A stretch of DNA of 64,000 nt from the NCBI RefSeq assembly GCF_006345805.1, contig NC_043015.1, positions 24,862,001 to 24,926,000 on the forward strand, read 5' to 3'. Positions 53,785 through 64,000 of the stretch are shown here, piece by piece (the stretch's first letter is position 1; each line of letters starts with the position of its first letter). The notes under the pieces were generated by a model. The model was not told the DNA's origin. It saw nothing but the letters and a program-made list of their open reading frames with translations, and did no database searches. The translations under genes and the position numbers were made by a program. Source of the stretch: Octopus sinensis. Lineage: Eukaryota.

Positions 53785-54825
53785 CGTACAATTGCTACAC
53801 CAAAGACTTGTATCACATTATAAAAGGTTTGAGAGAAAACCGAGTTTCATTGGGAAAGTATGTTTGTAAATCTTCATAGGCGTACATGGTATTATTAGAC
53901 TCCAAAACAAATCATCCATACCAGTTTTTCACTCGATATAGAATGAATACTGGGTAGATTCCTTCATGTAAGGGAAGGAATTGGATGTTATTAATACTTA
54001 GCAGAAGCAAACGAGTGACTCAAGATCTGAGAGTTTCGTGCTTTGGCACCTACCAAACTAATTACAGTTTGAAGGTCTGTGGATTTACAAAGCTGTTGAC
54101 AAATGAATAAATTTCCCTGTGGAAACACCTGATGGGCTTTGACACAGTTTCTGCTTATCAAGTTCACTTACAAGGCTAGATATAAAGATATTTATCCAAG
54201 GTGTCATTCAATGGGATTGAAACTGAAACCACATGGCTGCAAAGCAAGATTCTTAACAACACAACCACACCTACACCTGAATGGAATTTTTCTTTTAATG
54301 AGGGCAACATTTTTCAAACAAGATCTACAAGATCTACATTTCATATCTAAAACATTACGTGGTGGTGGTGGGTGGACTATGATTCAAGTCGGCCATGTAG
54401 TATTTATCAGCTTTGCTCAGACCTGGTTGTGACGTGAGGGAGATTTTGCTGATGTTTCTAACAGACTGTGTAGAGTCAACAACCTTGGAACTTGCATTTG
54501 AACTTCAAGTATGTCTTCTTAAAAATAAAATATTTCAGTTTGTTCTTCAGCCTCCTGCTTTTGTTAATCTAATTCAATATGCAATAATAGTTATAAAACA
54601 TACATTAAAAGAAAAACAAGTCTAATGAAATGCTTTCCATGTTTTCTAATCTCATCAAAAACAAATCAGTGTTAAAAGAAAAAGATTATTCAAACTTTTG
54701 CATATTACTAAGGATTACATGTATACATACATTGGAAACAAATTTGGAAGACATCTCACTTATTCCAACATATCATCATTTGCTTCTATTTGTTACTATG
54801 TTCATGCAAACAAAAGTAACACCAA

Positions 54826-54856
<31 letters not shown>

Positions 54857-55574
54857 GCACACACACACACACACATATACATACACACAAATGCACATGC
54901 AGAAGAATCAGTTTTAATCCCCCTTCTATGATGGAAATGGAAATCCAATATTCAACACCTTCATTAACGAATCATCTTTAATACTGATAGCTTAAACAAA
55001 AAAACTGTAAACAGATTCACTACTGTAATCATAAAAGGAATGAATAAAAAGACCTGAAATAGTTTTATTTTAACACACACACACACACACATACACACAC
55101 ATCCACACATACAACACACACACATACAACACACACACATACGTATCTTTTTTCAAATCTTGTCAGTAAAAGGAAAATAACAAGAATTCTTCAGGGAGAT
55201 GGAAGATATTTTTTGTTTATGCTTGGAAATGTCTCCATCAAATTCTTTTAAAATTTACAAAGTACAGTGAAATTTTCAGTTAATATCCATCTATTTAGCT
55301 ATCTATCTCTCTCTCTCTACACACACACACAGACACGGATATATAAGCATACAAACACAAACATATGTGTTTACATGTTTACATAAATCCCTATGTTTAT
55401 GTGTGTGTGTGTGTGTGTAGGTTTAGCAGAATGAAAGCATAATCAGGCATTCATGAAGAATCAAATCAATTTTATTAATATAGATTTATACTCATACATC
55501 ATAGTTTTAGAATTTATTTAGTCGAATTCCCCCACCCCACCCCAAACGTGAATATCACCCAATATTTCGCCTGT

Positions 55575-55790
55575 CCAAGGTGGCAAACTGGCAGAATCAT
55601 TAGCTTGCTGGTCAAAAGTTTTTGTGGCATTTGGTCAGTCTTTACAGACTGAGTTCAAGTTCAGCCAGGTTCAACATTGCCATTTCATCTTTTTGGTAGG
55701 GTCAATAAAGTCAGTAAGGTTTGAGTTCAATGCTATTGACTAATCTCCTCCCTTGAAATTGCTGGCATTGTGCCAAAATTTGAATTCAAG
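55575..55790 (+). mobile_element. SINE family B
   Basis: aaggtggcaaactggcagaatcattagc...gagttcaagttc...gaaattgctggc. Confidence 0.65.
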
Positions 55791-56464
55791 ATTTAACCTG
55801 TCCACTGTTAAACTCTCTGAATCAGCTGCACTTAACAAGAGACATTGCTTATGGAGAAGTCATATAAGAAGCTATTGATATTGTAGAATATATTTATACT
55901 GAGTTTGTAGAATATGTCAAAAGTAATATTCTCAGTTAAACAATATCAAAAGATTATTCATGAAGCTTTCACTGAGAAACAACCCAAATCTCAATAATTT
56001 GGCCAATTTAAAAGAGTTTAATTAAAATGAGTTTAATATAGCATTTACTTCTGAAAAGAAAAATAAAGATGATTTTAATAACTTACTAATTCTTTCAAAG
56101 AATCTTTGTTTTTAAATCGAATACATTTTATATCAAATGTTGTATTTTAAATGGACAAACAATTTTAATTTCAAACTTTGCCTTTTTCCTCTTAGGAGGA
56201 GAGTGACGCATGTGGACTAACAGTCCACAAATGTTACTCGTGTTGTTACTGTTGTCTAGCATTATTGCTAACCTAGATCTATGAGACACAGTCTGACAAT
56301 TGGGCTAACTTTTTTTTTACTTACAAGATTAGTCTATCACAGACCACCTTATCTGATGTGCTCTTTTCAAGATGTTAGTTTGTGATTGATTTTTCTTTCA
56401 TAGAAAATTTGGCAGCTATATCTCGCAACTTAAACCACCAAGTAGCTCTCTAACATTTACTCAA

Positions 56465-56775
56465 TGTAAGGCGGTGAGCTGGCAGAACCATTAGCATTCC
56501 AGGCAAAATATTTAGCACCATTTTGTCCATTATTTACATTATTTATCCATCAAATGTAAATAATGTAAATAATATACATAATTCCTCATCTCTTAAATAT
56601 AGAACTGTACCATTTTGTCTACCTTTATTGTTCTGAGTTCAAATTCTAACAAGGTCGACTTTGCTTTTTATACTTTCAGGGTTGATAAAGTAAGTACAAG
56701 TTGCACACTGGAGTCGATGCAATCGAATTACCCCTCCCCAAAATTGCTGGCTTTGTGCCAGAATTTGAAACTAAT
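56465..56775 (+). mobile_element. SINE family B, interrupted
   Basis: Head at 56465-56520; body resumes near 56615 after an AT-rich insert. Confidence 0.6.
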
Positions 56776-57317
56776 ATTTATTCAGTGCAGAAACTCTGTG
56801 CAATTTCTCTACCGCTACAGACTTGGCTTTCTAAACAGTTTCCATTTAATATACTTTTATATTGTGATAAAACCTTGAAGCAAATTAAATGAAAACTAAA
56901 ATGAAAAACAAACACATTTATGTTTTCTGTTGTCAAACTATTTTGAGTTGAAAATATTTCTTTTTAGACCAGGAGGAAGAGGTGGATGTGAAATATCATA
57001 AACTTTTTTAGACAATTTAAAAATCTTTTCCAAAACTTTAAAAAGTTTTTCATTGCAAATTTTCAAACTAATTTTTTTCTGATGTAAATTCATAAGTTTT
57101 TGAATTTTATTTTTTAAGAAGAAACTTTCAAAAAATTTTAAAGAACAAACAAAAATGTTCCAAAGTGATATAAATTTTCAACATACTTTGCTAAAATATC
57201 CAATCATTATTTTTGAAGCCTATAATTTGTAGAGAAACTTTTAACAAACCTCATTAATTGCTTTTTTTTAAATTTAAAAAGGAAACAGAGAACAACAAGC
57301 ATAAAACAAAGATGATC

Positions 57318-57328
57318 AATCTATCTAT

Positions 57329-57400
<72 letters not shown>

Positions 57401-57418
57401 ATCTATATATCTATCTAT
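57318..57418. repeat. (ATCT)n microsatellite
   Basis: Direct reading. Confidence 0.95.
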
Positions 57419-58496
57419 TTATACACACACATATCAGTAGTAATTATTCTCAGATATATTAGAGCATTATAATGGCCACAAGGTTAGGTAAAGCATAACT
57501 GACCATATTCTCATCAGTTCTTTGTGCCTGTCTTTGGGTATACAAATCATTTTCTTAAAACAATATATAAAAAACCGAATTATAATTTTTAATCCCCTCA
57601 ACATAATTATTTCTAGACAAATATTTATAGCTCCCTGCATTAATCATTAACATTGCTTTAACCACTGAATTATTCAGGCTGATAGCATCAGTGAGGAGTT
57701 ATCTTTTGTTAATCAATTCTATACCATCCATTATACAATATCATAGAACAGCTTTGTGGTTACTTTGCCATTAATTTGGCAATATGGTGAAATTTATATT
57801 TAGCTAGTGAAAACTTAATAAGGCTGAAACTTCACCAGATTAGACTCTAAAGAATTAAAATAGAATTAGGCATTGAGCTATTGTTGTCTTTATTATATTG
57901 AACAATGATTTTCAGTTAGCATTTCATTGATTACTTCGCTAAATACATTATCACTCATCATACTGCATTCCTCGTCAAACCAATACAATTCTGTTTCTTA
58001 CACATTGCCTGAATAATATAATTATGACACCATTTTATTCTTTACTTCATGGTCAAGCAACTAATAATAGGAAGTGATGGAAGAATAAAACAATTTATTC
58101 AGACAAGACTACAGCAGACACAAGATAAGACTTGTAAGCCAAACTGTCATGGTTGGTTTAACATCCACTTTGCCATGCTTCAATGGATCAGACAAAATTC
58201 ATTGAAGCAAATATCCTATAGCTGGATGTGCTTTCATGAGGGGCACTACTTGCATAACAGCGACATTCGATTATAACTTTTACAAGATGTCGAAACAAAG
58301 CCAAAAAAGACAGACACTCGTACATGCATATACACATAGGCACACATATAGGTGTGTGTGTGTGTGTGTGTGTAGCTTCTTTCAGTTTCTGTCAATCAAA
58401 TCTACCCAACGCTAAGGTAGGCCTAGGACTACTGTAGCAGACACTTATTCAAGGTGCATGTGGTGTGGTAGGAAAATGAACACTCACATACACACA

Positions 58497-58541
<45 letters not shown>

Positions 58542-59480
58542 CAAGGCATCTTACAGATATAATTCTATCTGGTTGAATATTTCTTATGTAATTTTACATT
58601 CAACAGGGAATGCTTTTCTTTCATTTGAGCACACAGTATTCATTGCAAGTAAAAAGTGAAGTATCTTACGTTAGGATCATATGTTTAGAGTTTGAAGCAA
58701 CATACTGCTGACTACAGCATAAATTGATATAGACAGAAGAGATATACACCATACAGGAATGGGAGAAAAAGTTACCGTAAAGAAACAAACCTTATATTCA
58801 AAAACATTAATATATCAGCAGATAACACAAACAAAATCAGAGATCTTTGCTAAATGCTGTCACTCTGTCAAGTATCACCTAAAACATTGTAAGATCATAC
58901 CACTCCCTGATTGAATTAAATCAATACTGAACTATTCATCAGGAACAATCACACAATCGTATTATTCATTTTTCAGCTCTAGCTCATAAATAATATTCCA
59001 GATCAGGCTATACTTCATAACTTTACACTTAATCAGTCTATATTCAATTCTATGTAGCGGAATATATCATTGTGTCATTATATACCAGCAACAATAATGC
59101 TTGTTCTATCCTATCCTCTATGTCCTTGCAGCATCATAATTCTTTAAAAATTTCGGGGTGTTTTTTTTTTATTGTACAACAAAGAATTGTAATTCATCTG
59201 TAGAGATGAACATACATGTAAACTCTGAGAAGTAACACTGAAAATAGCAACAAAATAAAAGTAATATATACCTACGTACACACACAGACACACACACACA
59301 CACACATACATACATACATACATACATGTATATATGTATGTACAAACACACATATATGTACATACCTACATACACACACATATATATATACATGCATATA
59401 CATATTTATATATATGCATATATACATATATATACATATATATATGTACATATATGTATATATATATGTATGTATGTATG

Positions 59481-59512
<32 letters not shown>

Positions 59513-59654
59513 TGTATATATATATGTATGTATATATATGTGTTAATGTTGAATGATACATATATATGTACATATGTATCTTTTTCTCTCTATATATATA
59601 CGTATGTATGTATATGTGCATGTATATATATATATATATATATACACACACCTG

Positions 59655-59690
<36 letters not shown>

Positions 59691-59929
59691 AATATATATA
59701 TACACTCTCACTCAAACCATGCACACATGTATGCCCTTACAAAACTATATGCACCTGCTGAATAATAGATGAATACAGCTATCACAAGAGCACATCATCA
59801 TGCCATATCTTCCGATTACCAATTACAAAGACCAACCATTTTTACTTGAATACTGAATGAACGGCAATAGCTAAATACTACTCTTTGGAATATTTCCAAA
59901 GGAAAGGAAGTAAATAATTATTCTATTAC

Positions 59930-60046
59930 CGTTTCAATTTGAAGTTTTCTTTCTTCCTGTGTAAGAACTTTAAATGCTTCATCATATAACAGCTTCTGGA
60001 GTCGTTTCACTTCAGCTTTTTCCATATTCTCTTTTACCAATAATTC
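59930..60046 (-). CDS. CCDC39: CCDC39 internal exon (39 codons, ELLVKENMEKAEVKRLQKLLYDEAFKVLTQEERKLQIET), phase 0/0
   Basis: Acceptor ttgtattccaacag and donor gtaata flank an open 117-nt frame. It aligns from memory to human CCDC39 DLMIEDNLLKLEVKR...VLSLEKRKQQLYT and splices in frame to the next exon. Confidence 0.9.
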
Positions 60047-61756
60047 CTGTTGGAATACAAAAGACATAATATTTTAGAGTCTGCAATTTCTTTTGAGCTT
60101 GTAAATGATATTTTTATTGAATTTTTATCAAAAATGTTATTTAAATATGTGTGTAATAAGCAATACTTCTCCCTCTCACCTCCATCTGTATGTAGTCATG
60201 TTCTGCTCTGTGCCTTTTATGTGTGGAGATAGACATTAAAGTATTTGTTCGCATGAATGAGTACATATATATAAATATACATACAGATATATACATACAT
60301 ACATATGTGTATGTGTATCTTGGATAATTATGTGTGGCTCATACAATCAAAATATTAGCTCTTAATTTACTGCCTGGCCCTGTACTTGATTCCACTCATC
60401 CACTTTCACTTTACATTGTCTCCCCTATCACCTCCTCTGACTCTTCCTTGACCCCCCCCCACCTATTTCCTTCACTTCTTCCAAACTGATATTCACCATT
60501 GACTATACCCCACTCATGTGCTCCATTCATTTTAATCCCCATCTCTAACCATCCATCTCCAGTCCCATTTCTAATCCCTTTCTCTAACCCTTCATCACAC
60601 ACCGTTCATATTCCCATGAACTTGCCTAACCACACATCATTTCTCTTGCTCTAATCACACTCTCTTATATCCACCTTGTACTTTGGTGGTCCATCCTCAG
60701 CATCTCTCGCTCTCTTTCTTTCTCTCTCTCTCTCATTCTCACTTCCTCTCTCTTTCTCTCTCTCTCTTTCCACCTGGAGAAGTAATAATGTATCTCTCCT
60801 TAGGTCTTGTCATAACTTGAAGATGTGTGTCTTTGCTAAGACTGCTGATACCCTTTGCATAGGGATATACATTATGCTTAGCATTTCCTCTAGTATAAAG
60901 ATAAATTAATTTATTCTAAGGATAATCCCCACAACAGCAACACAAGAACTACAGATTGCAGTTTTCTGAGCACCACCAGCCAAAACTTTGTGGATGGCAA
61001 AGGAAATATTTTGGGGCTTTGTACCAGAAACAGATGAGGAAGTACCCTTTCTCTTAACAGTTTCAACTTGAAGTATGACACCGTCATCAAGCAACCTAGA
61101 AGAAATAATGGCAAAGGAAAATTTCCAAATGATCAAGGAAACAATAAGAAGAAATCCCACAAAAAAAAACACACATAAAATAGATGAGAAGGAACAATTT
61201 TATCCAAATGATAAAGAAGAATTTTAGAAATGAAGAGAACAAAGATGAAGAAATATTTGCTGTTCTTTGAAAATCAATCAAAGTGGCAGTTACAGGCAAA
61301 ATTACACATATTTGGTGTCACAGTCTCTCAATTAGGGCACAAGCTACTAGATTCAGCTTATAAACAAGCAAAATATGGATTATTAGTAAAAGTAAAGCGA
61401 AATTAAGACATTATACCAAACATAAAAATTTTAAAAAAAAACTGTCAAGTTATTTTTCAGCCATCAATGTCTCAAAGAATCCTTAAAGGAATTCGGTAAC
61501 ACCCAAACACATTTTGAGAAACGATTATATGAATGAACTTGTGAAGCACCAAACTCCAGCTGGCCTGAAAATTCTTCATGTATTGTATATTTAAGCTATA
61601 TCATGTTTCAATTACAGTGACAAGCTGGCAGAATTATTATCGTGTCAGACAAATAACTTTGCAGTATTTCTTTTGGCTCTTTGCAATCTGAGTTCAAATG
61701 CTGCCAAAGTCTATGTTGTGCTTCATCGTTTCATGACATCCTGTACCCACATATGC

Positions 61757-61835
<79 letters not shown>

Positions 61836-61901
61836 TATATATACGCATATATATATATATATATAATATATATATATAATATATTATATATATATATATA
61901 T

Positions 61902-61933
<32 letters not shown>

Positions 61934-62877
61934 GTATTTATATATATATTATATTTATTTATCTATATATATATATATATATCTATATATATATATATAT
62001 GTATAGATTTAAGTATGTACATATATGTATGTATGTATATATATATATATATTATCTATATTAGTATTTGATTGAATGCTATACATCCTCTTCCAAGTAA
62101 GTTTTATCTTAATAATTCTGATGTGCACTATATATGATCTTACTCTTTCACTTTTCTCTCTTTCACTCTCTTATTCTTTTATCTCATCTTCTCACACTAT
62201 TCTATCCTATTACTCTGCCACTCTCTCTCCCTCACTCCTCCTACACCCTTGCTCACATGGCTCCCATTTGACCATCGGCTATCTTTCTTTGTTCTTCTAA
62301 CTTGTGTTTCTTTCTTTCTCCCCATTGTAGCTGGAACAAGGAAGACTTTTTCTTGTTTGTCTCCTGCCCATGTTTGATTTACACGTTCACCACCACAACC
62401 TCGTTTAGGCTTAGCAGCCCTTCCTGTTTGTTTTTACTGTCCTGTTTGCGTTAACAATATTGACCCTTTGCAAAATAGCAAATTTTATTTAATTTGCTTT
62501 GTGGGAGCAACTGTTTTATTGAAAGCATATATTGTTGTTAAATGCTCAAAATACGAGACTAGAAAAAAAGCCAACAACTGATGAAGGGTCGTTCTTTATG
62601 TTGTTTGTTTTGTTTTCTATTTGTGTGTTTCATTCTTCAAAAAAATAGCTCATATTCCATGTACTTGTACTTTGTATTTTTTCTTGTATCCATTTCATGA
62701 CGTCCTGTGCCCACATATGCATATATATATATATTTACACATATATAGATATGTAAGCATGTACACATATGTATGTATATGCATGTGTATATATATATAT
62801 ATTATTTATATTATTATATATATGTATTTATATATATATGTATACATATGTATGTATGTGTGCGTGTATATATATAT

Positions 62878-62920
<43 letters not shown>

Positions 62921-63284
62921 TATATTATATATATATATGTATGTATATCTATATGTGCATGTGTACATAGAGAGATAGGTAGAACATAAGAAAATATAAT
63001 GCTGCTAGACAAAATTATAATTATGTAGATAATGATAATATATGTGAAAAGAAGACAGAATGGAATATATAGGTAATAATTTTAATACTGATTTTTTAAT
63101 GAAGTTAACAAAATAATGATAATAATGATAATGGCTGCAATGATGTAGGCATTGATGTTAGTGGTGTCATAAATTGTGACAATGATGTTGATAAAGACGA
63201 TGATGTTGGTGGTAGTGATTTTCTGAAGTCTTTTGAGAGGTTAAGCTTAGTAATTTTAACAAAACAAAAAGACAATATCAAACT

Positions 63285-63312
63285 TAAAATAATAATAATA
63301 ATAATAATAATG

Positions 63313-63400
<88 letters not shown>
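63285..63400. repeat. (AAT)n microsatellite
   Basis: Direct reading. Confidence 0.95.
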
Positions 63401-63913
63401 GGCAAATGAAAGAGATAAAAAATGAAACATGAGAAGACAAATCAACAATAACAAAAAAAAAGAAAAATGGACAAAAGAAAACAAACCTACAAAATAAATA
63501 AGACAACAAAAAGAAATTAAAATAAATAAATAAATGAATAATTAAACACTGAAGGCAGCAAAAATGAGAATACCAATACTTCATCATTACCATCACCACT
63601 ACCACCACCACCAACAACAACAACAATAACAAGAAAAACCTCAATGATGATGAATATTCATTAGGTGAATCAACATTTATGGTTTCAAACAATATCTTTG
63701 GATAGACATTAATATGTTGGCCAACGTTTCATTGTATCTATTATTGGTCTTTAAATGATTCTAAATTCATAACCGAAAAACACTTAAAAGACAAGAAAAA
63801 AGAAAAAAAAAGGAAAGAGTAAGGCAACAACAACAACAACTTCAGTAATGAAAGTAGCAATCATCATTAGTAATAACACTACTCTGGCACTGTTGCTGCT
63901 GCTGCTGCTGCTG

Positions 63914-63959
<46 letters not shown>

Positions 63960-64000
63960 AACCACCTGTCATATCATTCCCACCACTAGCAGCACCACTG

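Noticed and set aside
54360-54490. Minus-strand frame VVDSTQSVRNISKISL... as a CCDC39 exon
   Set aside because: No similarity to CCDC39, weak acceptor, and it would break the phase 0 junction.
60775-61299. Open frames on both strands upstream of the first CCDC39 exon found
   Set aside because: No resemblance to the expected preceding CCDC39 exon, inconsistent splice phases and internal stops.
61729-62730. About 36-nt direct repeat before two TA tracts
   Set aside because: Most likely two copies of a common repeat tail rather than a meaningful local duplication.

Overview
AT-rich, repeat-dense eukaryotic (animal) genomic window. The SINE, RTE and Penelope repeat content and the abundant (TA)n/(CA)n tracts look like an octopus-type cephalopod, which is an inference. 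The only host gene I can support is three consecutive, in-frame, canonically spliced internal exons of CCDC39 (ciliary coiled-coil 96-nm ruler protein) on the minus strand: 60046-59930, 52982-52843 and 48481-48406. The rest is intronic or intergenic. It holds four large copies of one RTE-clade LINE family plus several 3'-tail fragments, a second RTE family, tRNA-derived SINEs, Tc1/mariner and hAT relics and MITEs, Helentron-like elements, fold-back repeats and Penelope-like termini. The main hidden signal is a set of Penelope-type minimal hammerhead ribozymes (HHRs). Two have complete cores, lie in the CCDC39 sense orientation on either side of one exon, and have cross-complementary stem III palindromes. 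A third carries the U3:A8 covariant core inside a near-perfect 436-bp palindrome. The RTE family also carries a PHD-type zinc finger inserted in its RT ORF. Almost all short ORFs in the supplied track are microsatellite or antisense noise. Many repeat boundaries are approximate.
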